From Hypanus sabinus (Eukaryota), in contig NC_082715.1 of NCBI RefSeq assembly GCF_030144855.1, forward strand, positions 145,080,001 through 145,144,000: a stretch of 64,000 nt of DNA. The letters run 5' to 3'. Position 1 is the first letter of the stretch; every line of letters begins with the position of its first letter. Position numbers and translations under genes: made by a program. The notes under the pieces were generated by a model. That model searched no databases, was not told the origin of the DNA, and saw only the letters and a list, made by a program, of their open reading frames with translations. Below, piece after piece: positions 40,601-53,909 of the stretch.

Positions 40601-41027
40601 CCACGCCTCTCATATAGCTCATTTGTGCCCCTTGTGATCCCTAAATCACAGAAACCAGAACTTAGCATTTCAATTCAGTTCCTCTGTAGATTTGTAGGGC
40701 ATTTTACACTTTTCACAAACGTGATATTATTTTTGGCATTTCTTGTGACAGTCCTTATACGAAACAGAACTAAAAATAGATATGACCAAATTGTTCTGGA
40801 TAAGAAAGACTTAAAACAACTAAACTTCTGACAGGATGTTACGAGGTTACCTCCTATATTTGGTTCTATTAATTGGCTACCATGTGGCAAGCCACGAAAT
40901 CGCTGACCTGTTAACTTGTAACCGCTGTCAATAACAGTAATGCTCAACCTACGTTCTTTAATAGGTCTAATTGGACCTCGCCACACAATAACCAAGCCTT
41001 CCCTTAAAACGCTAAATAACAAGAATT

Positions 41028-41452
41028 AGTGGCCACTATATTAGGTACGCATCCACATCGGTTCTTCGATGCAAGTAACTAATCAGTCATTATAGCAGCA
41101 GCTTAATGAACATGCAAACAAGAGCAGCGGGTGTTGTTCGGACCAAACATCCGAATGTGGAAGAAAGGTGATCAAAATTATTTTGAGCGTGGAATGAGTG
41201 TTTGTGCCAGACGGGGTGGCCTGAGTATCTTAGAAATTGCCCGTCTCTGCGATTTTCTCGCAATAAAATGCCTCGGGTGAGATTATGTTCGTGGTCTTCT
41301 GCTGCTACAGCCTATCCATTTCGAGGTTCGACTTGTTTGCGTTCAGAGATACTCTTCTGCACAGAACTGGTGTAACGCGTGGCTACTTGAGCTACTGCCG
41401 CATTCCTGTCAGCTACATGCAGTTTGGCCATTCTCCTTTGAGCTCGCTCATC
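41028..41452 (+). mobile_element. Tc1/mariner-derived non-autonomous remnant
   Basis: It starts with AGTGGCCACTATATTAGGTAC, resembling fish Tc1 termini. From 41155 it encodes MWKKGDQNYFERGMSVCARRGGLSILEIARLCDF, similar to the Tc1 transposase N-terminus MGKKGDLSDFERGMVVGARR. Confidence 0.7.
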
Positions 41453-42614
41453 AATATTTTTTTATGTTTGCTTTAGTATCATTCTCTTAAACTCGAATAG
41501 AATGACCACTGACTGTACTTGAAAGAGCACGGAACATTACACAGAAAACAGCTAGATGAAAGCACAAATACCAGAAAATAAGCATCGGCCGACAGATATT
41601 ACCGAGGCATGCCTGCTAGACTATTTGGATTGTGAATAGAATGTCTAAGTTAACGTCACATTCAGGAAGGACAAGAAGATGAGAAAATGCACAAGGATTC
41701 GTTGATAATGAACGTTGGGCACAAAGAAATGAAGATGGATGGCCAATTTTCAGGGCAAGGCGAGGAAGAGGTAGTTTGAAAAATAATAAAGCAAAATTTT
41801 CCTGTAGAGATGAATCCTGGCAAGATATTAAGACAACGTGCATCCGACAGCACAAAGGCTGCTTATCATAATTGCATGTTCATGATTATTTGGAATTATC
41901 CTTCAAACTAAACAAATGGGCCAAGGTCTGTGAGCTGCTTGTTAAATATTTTGAAACATTTTCGAATAACGTGCTCTAGCGCCAACCAAAGGACACTAAG
42001 AAGGAATTGGAGGCGGAGATTCCATTGGAATCAGCAGCAATTTTATTAATCGGAGGATCAGGCAGGGGGGCCGAGGGGCCTACTTCGTATCCTAAGTGTG
42101 ACGCGTCAGAAGGATATTACTGAACAAACAGGTTTTATTTTCATGAAGATCCGTTTGATTCCTGGCCACAGTCACCTTCAAGGCCATGTGATTCCATTCT
42201 TGCATCAAGAGAAGCGACAATTCAAAACCGCAAATGATCTCCATATTCAAGTGTGTGCAGTGTAGCACATAGTGATTGTCACATTATATTGGTTCGTCAT
42301 TTACGCCAGTAGGTGGAAATGTTGCATCACTTGATACCCATACTTGCTTGTGAGAAAGAAGGAACCGGACCCTGAACGCATAAAATAGCAGGGATTTCCC
42401 AAAATGGGTTCATTGGAGTCATTACTCCAGAATGAATGTTATCTTTTTCAAACTAAAATCATGCAAATATCGGGAAATGTTACCAAGAGAACACGGGGGA
42501 TTACTGCTGCAACAAACATTTGGCGTCAGAGTTTATAGGATAATTCCTGTTTTATATCGATCATTAGACAGGACATACTAATGCAGTCCTTTACTGCTCT
42601 CTGTGCTTTAACCA

Positions 42615-45610
42615 AAATTTACATAGAAACATAGAAGACCTACACACAATACAGGCCCTTCGGCCCATAAAGTTGTTCCGAACATGTCCCTACCTTGGAA
42701 ATTACTCGGCTTACCTATAACCCAATATTTTACTAAGATCCATGTACCTATCTAAAAGCCTCTTAAACGTCCCTATCATATCCCCTCCACCACTGTTGCC
42801 GACAGCCGTTTCCACGTAGTCACCCCTCTTTGAGTAAACAACTTACCCCTGACATCTGCTCCGTACCTGCTCCCCAGCACCTTAAACCTCTGTCCTCTTG
42901 TGGCAACCATTTCAGCCCTGGGAAAACGCCTCTGACTATCCGCACGATCAACACCTCTCATCATCTTGTACACCTCTATCAGCTCACCTCTCATCCTCCT
43001 TCACTCCAAAGAGAAAAGGCCGAGTTCACTCAAACTATTCTCATAAGGGATGCTCCCCATTCCAGGCAACATCCTTGTAAATCTCCTTGCCACCCTTTCT
43101 GTAGTGCGACGACCAGAACTGAGCACAGTACGACAAGTGGGGTCGGACCAGGGTCCTCTATAGCTGCAACATTACAACTCGGCTCCTAAATTGAATTCCA
43201 TAATTGATGAAGGCCAATACACCATACGCCTTCTTAACCACAGAGTCAACCTGCGTAGCTGCTTTGAGAGTTCTATGGACTCGGACCCCAAGATACCTCT
43301 GACCCTCCACACTGCCAGGAGTAACACCGTAATACTATATTCTGCCATCATATTTGACCTACCGAAATGAACCACTTGACACTTATCTGGGTTGAACATC
43401 TACCACTTCTCAGCGCAGTTTTGCATCCTATCAATGTCCCGCTGTAACCTCTGACAGCCCTCCACACTATCCACAACACCTCCAACCTTTGTGTCATCAG
43501 CAAACTTACTAACCCATCCCTCCACTTCCTCAACCAGCTCATTTATAAAATATCACGAAGAGTAAGAGTCCTAGAACAGAACCTCGAGGCACTCCACTGA
43601 TGACCGACCTCTATGCCGAATACGACCCGTCTACAACCACTCTTTGCCTTCTGTGAGCAAACCAGTTCTGGATCCACAAAGCAATGCTTCTTGGTGCCAT
43701 GCCTCCTTTCTTTCTCAGTAAGACTTGCGTGGGGTACCTTATCAGATCCTTTGCTGAAATCCATCTACAATACATCTACTGATCTTCCTTCATCAATGTG
43801 TTTAGTCACATCCTCAAAACATTCAATCAGGCTCGTAAGGCAACACCTGCTCATAGCAAATCCATGCTGACTATTCCTAATCATATTATCCCTCTCTAAA
43901 TGTTCATAAATCCTGTCTCTCAGGATCTTCTCCATCAGCTTACCAACCACTGAGGTAAGACTCACTTGTCTATAATTTCCTGGGCTATCTCTGCTCCCTT
44001 TCTGGAATAAAGGAACAACATTCGCAACCCTCCAAATCCTCCAGAACCTCTCTCAGCCCCATTGATCATCACCAGAGGCTCAGCAATATCCTCCCTTGCC
44101 TCTCACAGTAGCCTGGGGTATACTTCGTCCGGACCCGGCGACTTATCCAACTTGATGCTTTCCAAAAGCTCCAGCGCATCCTCTTTCTTAATATCTACAT
44201 GATCAAGCTTTTCAGTCTGCTGCAAGTCATCACTACAATCACTAAGATCCTACTCCATTCTGAATACTGAAGTAAAGTATTCATTAAGTACCTCTGCTAT
44301 TTCCTCTGGTTCCATACACACTCTCCCACTGTCAGGCTTCATAGGTCCTATTCTTTCACGTCTTATTCTCTTGCTCTTCACATACTTGTAGACAGCATTG
44401 GGGTTTTCCTGAATTCTGCTCGCCAACGCCTTCTCATGGCCCCTTCTGGCTCTCCTAATTTCCTTCTTAAGCTGCTTCCCAGTAGCCTTATAATCTTCTA
44501 GATCTCTAACTTTACCGAGATCTCTGAAGCTTTTGTAAGTTTTTCTTTTCTTCTTGACAAGATTTCTTACAGCCTTCTTACACTACGGCTCCTGTACCTA
44601 CCATAACATCCCTGTCTCATTGGAACACACCTATACAGAGCTCTACACAAATATCTCCTGAATATTTGTCATATTTCTTCCGTACTTTTCCCTGAGAACA
44701 ACTGTTCCCAACTTAAGTCTCCAATTTCCTGCTTGATAGCTTCATAATTCCCCTTACTCCAATTAAACGCTTTTCTAACTTGTCAGTTCCTATCTCAATC
44801 CAATGCGATTGTAAAGGAGATAGAATTATGATCACTACCTGCAAAATGCTCTCCTACGGAGAGATTATTTCCCAATTCCATATCAAGTACAACCTCTCCT
44901 CTTGTAGGCTTATCTACATACACTGTCAAGCAACCTTTCTGAACAAACTTAACAAACTGCACCCCATCTAAACCCCTCACTCTAGGGAGATGCCAATCGA
45001 TATTCGTGAAATTAAAATCACCCATCACGATATCTCTGTCATTATTACACTTCTCCATGATCGGTTTCCCTATCTGCCCCTCGATACTCCTGTCACTATC
45101 CGGCTGCTTATAAAAACACCCAGTAAAGTTATTGACCCCTTCCTGTTCCTAACATCCACCCACAAATACAGTCCCTCCATGGTGTCCACCTTTCCTGCAG
45201 CTTTGACACTACATCTGAACAACGGTGCCACACCCCCACCTCTTTTGCTTCGCTCCCTGTCCTTTCTGAAACAGCTAAAGCCCGGCACTTGAAGTAACCA
45301 ATCCTGTCCCTGAGCCATCCAAGTCTCTGTAATTGCCACCACATCATATCTCCAAGTTCTGAATCGCGCTCGAAGCTCATCCGCTTTGTCCACAACACTC
45401 CTTGCATTAAAATAGACACATCTCAAGCCTTCGGTCTGAGCGCGTCCCTTCCCTATCACCTGCCTCTCCTCCCTCTCGCATCGTCTACAAGCATTCTCTA
45501 TTAGTGAGTTACCTCCACTTCCCTAGTCTCTTCAGTTCTGTTCCCACCCGAACAATACTAGGTTCAACTCTCCCAATCGCCTTAGCAAACCTCCCCGCCA
45601 GGATACGTCT
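42615..45610 (-). mobile_element. Longest CR1-clade LINE copy (copy B; EN+RT+3' tail), degenerate
   Basis: EN (YFNARSVVDKADEL..VVAITETW, MGDFNF, SDHN), RT (SLTSVVGKLME, SQHGF, DFSKGSDKVPH) and C-terminal motifs appear in order. Confidence 0.92.
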
Positions 45611-45620
45611 CAACTTCATA

Positions 45621-45637
45621 AAGAAAATCACAAATAA
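45621..45637 (+). other. Empty (unoccupied) L1 target site, single copy of the TSD sequence
   Basis: caacttcata-AAGAAAATCACAAATAA-atcaacctaaga joins the exact left and right flanks of the L1 copies at 22104 and 56358. Confidence 0.85.
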
Positions 45638-46194
45638 ATCAACCTAAGATCAGCGGCGTATTATTGAGTCTCACTGAAACACTTCCCATCGATATTCATT
45701 TTACATTGACGTAATAAGCGGAAAACATGTAACACGGGAAATCTTTTAGCCCAGCTGTTTAACACAATATTCTGTGGATTATATTGATGACATTTTCCAC
45801 TTCGGAGACCAGGGTGCAGCATACAGAAACATGAGGATGAATTTCTGAGTTATATTTGGTAAACAACAAGTGGATACGCCTCAGAGATTCTACTCAAATT
45901 CCTTCTCAGCTTTCCTTATAACTTTTCTGTATTCTCGCAAATATCAATTCGTTATAAACTAGTCTTTCTGTTCACCTATTGCCAGTTAATCGCTTCGTAT
46001 TTCTGGTTAGATACATCCCTTCTCCCCTGAGCTATTCCCGCTTTTGGCAACCTCATACCCACAGTACTTCAGGCGCTTCTTCCCATTTTGATATATTGTT
46101 GGTTCATGCGTCCCCTATGCATTTGTGTGTGTGGTGGGGGGTGAGTTTGGGGCTGTGTGGAAATGTGAAAATGTCAGTGACAGTGAATAGGTCA

Positions 46195-46920
46195 TACATT
46201 GGTAAATTTTCAAATTGCTTAATTGTTGTCACATGTACCGAGGTGCAGAGAACAAACTGTTTCGCAGGCCATTCATGCAGATCAGTTCATCAGTGCATTA
46301 AGATAGCACACGCGAGCAGAATAAAGTGTTACAGTTACAGAGAAAGTGCAGCACAGGTAGGCAGTAAAGTGCAAGGGCATAACGACGTAGATTGTGAGGT
46401 TAAGGGTCTATCTGATTGCAGTAGGGAAACATTTAGTGGTCACGTAACAACGAGACAGACGCTGTCTTTGAGCCTGGTGGTAAGAGCCTTTAAGGGTTTT
46501 GGATCTTCTGCCCGATGGGATGGGGGAGGAGAGAGAATGTTGCGATGGATGAGGTCTTTGCCTATATTGGCTGCTTTGCCCAGACAGCGTCAGTGTACAC
46601 AGAATCCATGGAGAGGAGTTGGCTTCCGTGATGTGCTGAGCTCTATCCGCAACTCTCTTTAGTTTATTTCAATTACCAGCAGAGCAGACACCATACCCAG
46701 CCGTGCTGCATCCAGACACAATTCATCGATCAAAATTGCTGAGAGTCAAAGTTAGAGCGCCAGTGAGCGCTCTTTGCCGTGACATCTACGTGGTTGGACC
46801 AGGATAGGTTGTTGGTGACGTCCACTCCACTGAACTTGAATTTCTCAACCCTCTCGACCTCAGCATCGTTTACATAGTTGCCCCGCCCATTTCCTGAAAT
46901 CAAGATCCAATTCATTCGTG
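46195..46920 (-). mobile_element. Rex1/Babar-type LINE fragment upstream of the pseudo-VJ
   Basis: Paralogue of 1155-1880 (ORF 46730-46969). Confidence 0.65.
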
Positions 46921-46927
46921 AGTAGAC

Positions 46928-46935
46928 ATCTGCAT
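46928..46935 (+). promoter_or_regulatory. Octamer-like ATCTGCAT (pseudogene promoter)
   Basis: Conserved position upstream of the ATG at 47051. Confidence 0.5.
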
Positions 46936-47050
46936 GAAGATATATTTCAGTGACTTTGCAGTCTTTCACAGTTCTTAAGGAGCAGCTTCGAAAGCCCTGA
47001 ACAGGACTTGTGTCGAAAGCGTTTGACTTCTGACTCTTAACAGCTTCACC

Positions 47051-47506
47051 ATGGCTGAATAGGTCCTGGTTCTTTCCACGTTTCTGTCTTGTTTGCTCAG
47101 TAGGTAGAATACTTAATCCTTTATACTGTCCTTTATGTTGTCTTTTTACTTAACGGTTATTAAATAATTATTTATTATTTTCGCCAACTGCAAACGCGGA
47201 GATGACTTTGACTCAGTCTCCGTCCGTATCGGCGACTCCGGGTAGAACCATGAAAATCACTTGTACCATGTCAGGGGGCAGCATCGGCGGCTACTACACG
47301 AGCTGGTACATGCAGAAACCCGGCGGCGCCCCAGTTTTTGTGTGGTATGGAAGCTCCACGAGAGGATCGGGAATTCCAGATCGATTCACCGGTTCCACAG
47401 TCTCATCGCACAACCAAATGCATTTAACCATCACCAACGTGCAATGGCAGGACGCCGCCGATTATTACTGTGGTGTCGCGGATGATAGCACGTTCATATT
47501 CACCTT
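47051..47506 (+). pseudogene. IGLV: Ig lambda-type leader + joined VJ pseudogene; CDR3 [11 protein letters not shown]; J truncated
   Basis: Leader codon 4 is TGG>TAG (47060-47062). The V acceptor is AG>AA (47186-47187). After FTF the J is fused to distal intron sequence, losing GxGTKL and the splice donor. Confidence 0.92.
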
Positions 47507-47990
47507 CAGCTCCTCTTGTTCTATACCTATTAACCTGAAGTCATCAAGATTCTGGTGCTCCGTTCTAACTTCTATCCAATTTGCCTTCAGCAAGACGCCG
47601 CCCCAGAGCCCACCTCGGCCTCTCCAGTGTGTTTGAACTTCAGCGCCATCTCAGTGTAAATGTCTCAGCTTTGATAACAAATTATCACTCAGCCCACCTG
47701 TTTTGTTTACATTTCGAACTCCCCAGTCCCGCAGGCCACTGAGTATCTAATTTTTGGATACCTGATCATTACCGTCTCTTTCCTTTACTTTGTAGCTACT
47801 TCTAATGTTCATGATGTATATTGCCATTGATGCGTTTGTGGAAGATCAAATACTTTAAGGAAATACAGTTGTCATCGGGTTTTCATGCGTTCTGACTTCT
47901 ATGGTTGTAAAATGGTTGAAAAAAAGACAAAGTTTGATTCCGATTTACATCAATTAATAACTCATTTCCCGCACTTCTTTCTATTTACAG

Positions 47991-48313
47991 TTCCGCGAAA
48001 ACCCGCCGTATCCGTCCTCCGACCGTCTGCGGAAGAAATTCGGGGACAGGGCACCGCCACCCTGGTGTGTTTAGTGAGCGGGTTTAATCCGGCCGTTGTG
48101 AATACCGAGTGGACTGTGGACGGCAGTACGAGAAGGAATGGCGTTGAGACCAGCCGGATTCAGCAGGACGCGGACAACACGTTCAGTGCGAGCAGTTACC
48201 TGACTCTGCCAGCCTCAGACTGGAACTCACACGAGCTTTACTCCTGCGTGGTTAAACACGAGTCTCAGGCAACCCCATTTCAAACAAACATCGCGTGATC
48301 CAGCTGTATGTAA
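47991..48313 (+). pseudogene. IGLC: Ig lambda-type C exon with a premature stop
   Basis: The acceptor is intact (47989-47990). CGA>TGA at 48296-48298 removes RSSCM, including the Cys for H-L disulfide linkage. Confidence 0.9.
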
Positions 48314-50399
48314 TACAATATGTTTAGACGCTGTTTCTTTAAAATAAAACAAATGAATTTCATCTACGGATGTTAAAGTTTCGATTGTCGCTGACGCATG
48401 TTTCAACCGGGAGGAAACAGGCATTGCGTCCTGCTGGACGTTCTTAAATAGCATTCGTTCTGAAATTGATATCGTCCATGTAATTTTATCCCGAAGTAAT
48501 TAAAATCTACCCGATCTCCTGTGGCGTTTTTGCCTTGATCAATATTACCGACAAGAGCATCATTTTTCAAACGTTTGCATAGATAGTGAAGGTGATCAAA
48601 CGTTGGCAATCCATGAAATAAAATAGATAAAATAGACGTTGTGCTAGTTTTTGGGGATATTTTCTTTCTGAAGAAATCATATTCACTATGGCTACATCAG
48701 ATCAAGTGGTGTAATTACTTGTCAGCGAAATTTACATACATAATAAAATAAATCCTGATACTGCCTTTATTTGAACATCGTGGGCATATTCGATTTCCAA
48801 TTTTAGCATTGTATTATTAATGGAAATGGTTTTTCTACAGCTGGTCCTGTCAGGCAGGCAAGGGCTTGTGTACCCTGTGTCAGCAGCGGCGCCGAGCAGA
48901 GTAGCACTTAATAAAGTGCATAGTAATGACAAATTTGCCCAAGTATCCTCCAAAACTTCAGGTTTCCTTCGAGGTGATTTCGGATTACGATGCCTAACAA
49001 ACATTGCAAATGGTAGTCCAAAGCATTTCTAGTAAATACAGTTAGACGGTGGTTGATTATCTAAAGCTATTTCGGGATTCAAAACAGTGAAGCACTGAAG
49101 ATATCGCACCGACATTTGTACATTAGTTTGTACAATATATATAATGATAGCTTTCTGTGTGTAATGTAGAACACCGTGGCCATAGTATAGAGTTCGAGAG
49201 AACGGTATCCTAAACATAAGATAAATATGTTCAATAAATAAAGAAAAGATCATTTTCAGGCGAATGAGAATACGAATTGTACTCACGTCTTTCTAACAGG
49301 TTATACAATTTGTTTTATCTCGATAAGAAAAGAATAGCAAGAGCAAGTTTGCGACTAATCATGGAAATTCATACATGGGTTATTGAAACTGGGACATTAA
49401 TATCACGTGGTCCTCATCAGTCACTCTGGACTGAGGCCGTTGAACCTGCCTTCTCTGAGTATGGAAGGCCGAAGGAGTTCCCTGTAACTTTACAGCTGCA
49501 CAGACCAACCATTGCTCTGAGCAGGACATTTCTACACGGGCTGTAAACTGCACAGTACTTTAAAATCACAGTATATAAAAGTAAATTCCAGTGTCGCATA
49601 AGAAAGTCTGTTTGAGCGGGGTTATTCCAGTTTCTGGGCGGTAGGTGCACGGTTGTACTTGGTGTGGCAGAGTATTCAGTGTTGTGATAGGACGATAAAA
49701 TGACCAGAACTGCACTGGGTTATTTTGGCAAAGGGCGTGGCTCACTTCAAACAATTAAAGATTGGAAGCATTCATTAAACATTTCTGATTCTTTTCTGTC
49801 ATGCAGACAGGAATAAAATCCGTAAAATGGGAGATTTTGCCAAAGGCCATAGCTCTCTCACGTTTTTTCTGACATTGAGATAAGTTTAAGATCTTAAAAT
49901 ACATTTAATGATTATTAAATCAAATAGTAATTAAATACCGAAGCTATTTGTGACGAAAATACACACGAATGGATAAAATGTAATGCAACCGCCGCTTCCT
50001 TCTTTTCGAACATCTTCACAATCCGCATTGAAGCAAATTACCTCTGGAATTTCTGCGTCTGGTCCGAAGGCAAAGTGAAAGAGTGCAGTGAGTTTCACTC
50101 CAGTGCTGAATACTTGAAGAGTCGGGAAGTGGAAGTGGAAGAATGTAGATGGAGATCGGGCAGATGGATTGAATTCTGCCAGTAACAATATCGAAAAATG
50201 TTGGCATTTGCATGTAAATGTAAAAGCCAATCCATAAAAATGTTGTGGTTCGATGACAGGGATGTTTTTATTAACAATACATTCCAAGCTGTGGATCAGC
50301 TCACAGATTGAGCTGCCCGCATAACGGAGAGGTGGTGTGTACAGAGAAATATGTGAATGATCGCGGTTAGTATTATTGAAAAAGAGTATACAGAAACGT

Positions 50400-53300
50400 T
50401 AACCATAGCACAGGCCTTTTGGACCACGATGTTGTACCCAACTTTTAATCAAATCCAAGATCAATCTAACCATTCCCTTCCACAAAGCCCTCCATTTTTC
50501 TTTCATCAATTGGCCTAAGAGTTTCTTAAATGTCCCTGATATATATTTGCTCTACCACCGCACTGGCAAGGCATTCCACGAACATACCACTCTATGTAAA
50601 GAATGTACCTCTCACACCGTCCATATGTTCGTCCAATCACTTTAAAAGTCTGCCCTCTCGAATATACCACTGCCACCCTAGGCAAAAGGCACTGGTTATC
50701 CTTTCTATCTACTCCTCTTATCTTATGCATCTCTGTCAGGTCGTCTTTCAACTGTCTTCATTCCAAAGCGAAAAGCCCTACCTCGCTCAGCCTATCCTGA
50801 TAAGAATGTTCTCTAACCCGGGCGGCATCATGGCCTATAGACAACAGCCTTTTGGGACCTTTTGCCCTTACTGTTCCTCAGTTCTATCCACACAGACTCT
50901 ACTTCTCCTGACCCAATGTCCCCCCTTGCAAAGGACTGAATCTCATTCCTCACCAACAGGGCCACCCCACCCCCTCTGACCATATTTCTGTCCCTACGAT
51001 AGCACGTATACCCTTGTACATTCCTCTTGTACCCTTGTAAATCTCCTCTAAACCCTCTCTACAGCTTCTACGTCCTTCCTATTCTGACCAGAATCAAACA
51101 CAACAATGTCAGTGTAGTCCAAACAGAATTTTATGGAAATACATTAGCCTTGAACTCGATCCCTCGACTAATGCAGGCTAAATGCCTTCTAAATAACCTT
51201 ATTGACGAGCGGCAATTTTTGAGAGATCTATGAGAGTGGACCCCAGGATCCCTTTGTCCTCTACACTGCTAAGAATATTCTCCTTAACCTTATATTCTGT
51301 CTTTAATTTCGCTCTTCCAAAGTCCATTATTTCACATTCTTCTGCATTGAAAACTATCAGATACATAACATCCCAGCTACGCATCCCATCAATGATCCCG
51401 TTGTAAACTATGACAATCTTATCCACAGCACCAACAGACTTGTGTCAACTATCCCATCGACCTGTACATAGACCATACCTCTCCGTACCCCTCCCATCCA
51501 TATTCTCATAATATTTAAAACTTATTTTAAATATTAAACTTATACCGCATGCTCTACTTCCACTGGCAACTCGTTCCACACTCTCGCTACTCTCTGAGAT
51601 GAAGTTCGTCTTCATGTTCGCCCTAAACATTTCACCTTTCACCCTCAGACCATGACCTTTAATTCTAGTCTCATCCAACCCTGGTGTGAAAAGCCTGCTT
51701 GCATTTACACTATCTATTCTCCACATCATTTTGCATATCTCTATCCAATCTCCCCTCATTCTCCTATGCTCCAAGGAAGAAAGTGCTAACCTCTTCAAAC
51801 TTTCCAGACAAGCTACATCACAAGTTACGTCGTATACACCGCTCTACTTTTATCAATTTCTTTAGTCACTTTCTCGAAAAAGTCAATCAGGTTTGTGAGA
51901 AATGAACAGCACCCCCCCCCCCCCCCCCACCAGTTAGCTGTACTCTATGTAATCAGACTATTCTTCTCCAAATGCTCATAAATTCTGCCTTTAAGAATCA
52001 CTTCCAAAGTTTGTCCACCACTGAGATGCAGCTCTGGTCTATAATTCCCAGGATTATCCCTGTCTCTCGGTTTCTTTTTGAACTACCTTACTCTCCCTTT
52101 TCTATTTTATAGTTATGATTGATAATTTAATTTTTTTATTATATTTACTTCGATTTGTACTCCAGAGAGCGCGAAGTGCAAAGTCAAATATCACTGTGAT
52201 GATTGTATGCTCTAGTATCAATTTTTTTGGTGACAATAAAGTAAAGTAAGAAAATAAGTAAGTACGGAACCCCTTTCTTCAACAAAGTAATAACATTTGA
52301 GACCCTCCAGTCTTCTGCTACTCCTCCTGTGTCCAATGAGGGCGCAAAGATTATCACCAAGAGGGAACATTCTCTGCCTTCGCTTCCCGTAGTAACCATG
52401 GTGTACACCATTCGGCCTCGGGGCCTTTTGTCTTTTATCAAAAGTTCGACAGTATCCTGTTTCTTAACGTTTTATGCTGTTTATGCTGTCCACACACAAG
52501 TCACGGTCCCTCTCAGAGGTGAATACTGAAGAAAACTATTCATTAAGGAACTCCCCTACCTCCTCCGACACCAGGCACATGGTTCCTCTTCTTTTACTCA
52601 CTCCAGTCATCCTTCTGTTCTTCACCTACGTGTAGAACGTCTTGGGGATTTCCTTAATCATACTCGCCAAGCTCTTCTCATTCCTCCTTCTAGCTCTCTT
52701 AAGTTCATTAGTCAGCTCCTTCCTGGCTGCTTCGTAACCCTCAGGAGTTCTGTCTGATATTTCCTTCAAAACTTTTTATTGATCTTCTTCTTTCCTCTTG
52801 GTGGGCTGCTTCACATCTCTTGTCAACCATGCTTCCTTCTCCCTAACATCCATGTTCAATTGGGAGAACTCTACCCAGAAACCCATTAGTGTTCGCTACA
52901 CTCCTTCCACATTTCCTTGTTCATTTCCCTGATAAAACTAATTCCCAATTTCTACTCATAATCTCATGTATTATAACATCATAATTTCCTCTCCTTCAAA
53001 ACAATCTGCTCTTGTCCCTCTCCAAGTGTATGGTAAATTAGGGAGTCGTGAATGTGATTAGGGAGGAGCAATCTGACACCTGGCCTGTTGCATTGGCTAG
53101 CACTAGTACCAGTAAGGCCTCTCTTCTAGTTGGCCTGTCCACATATTCAGGAATCCTTCATTAACAAACCTAACAAACTCTGCCCTGTTTAAATCTTTTG
53201 CATGTAAGCTAATGGAATCATTATTAGGGAAGTGCGTGTTTCAGCAGCTTTCCAAAATCGACCTGCCGACCTATTCCTCGATGTTCCTGTTGGTGGTGTG

Positions 53301-53520
53301 CGCTGTACAATACTCCTATCAGATAGACTGCAACCCCTCCTATTTCTGAATTCCACCCACGGAGACTCAATAAACGATCTCTCCACGACTTCCTCACTTT
53401 CTGTATCTGCGATACTATCCCTGATTGGCAATACCACTCCTCTATCTCTATTACCTCCCTCCCTGACACTTTTCGAGATATCTGAACGTGGGAACATTCA
53501 GCAGCTTTTCCTGCCTTTGT
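50400..53520 (-). mobile_element. CR1 fragment mosaic in the pseudogene 3' flank
   Basis: Paralogous to 34370-37720. Includes a C17 run at 51912-51928. Confidence 0.7.
52061..52263 (+). mobile_element. Short unit-specific LINE 3'-end insertion with an (AAGT)n-like tail
   Basis: Absent at the paralogous sites near 14765 and 36440. It ends tggtgacaataaagtaaagtaag..aagtaagta. No clear TSD was resolved. Confidence 0.55.
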
Positions 53521-53909
53521 GACAACCATATTTTGGTTTATATTTTGTATCGGGAACGAGATCGTTTCCTACAAGAATAGAAAGACAAATACATGTTATC
53601 ATCGAATTTTACCTCTTACCCTTACAATGCAAATAATTTTCCACACTTCACTGGGAATTAGTTAAGAATTTTCTTCCCTCCCAACGTTCGCTTATGGTGA
53701 CAAGAACTTCCAATCTTACTGTTAACTGTCCATGAAAAGTCACAGAGAAAAGTATAAAGAATAAAGGATAAAAGGAGAAAGTCTTTCTTAACGAATAGAC
53801 AAAATACAGAGGCGTCCAATCACCATGCCAATGGAACTTCAATGAAAGTTGATCAGATGACAGAGTGCACAGAGGAGAGGTGGAATTAGTAGATGTTTTC
53901 AGAAGCTGA

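Noticed and set aside
47507-47636. Extended ORF 47202-47636 as a novel V domain with a unique tail
   Set aside because: The tail is intron sequence read through after the J deletion, and the leader stop and dead acceptor block expression.
51912-51928. C17 homopolymer as a functional element
   Set aside because: It occurs in only one unit, within a CR1 relic, and is most likely slippage or a sequencing-length artefact.
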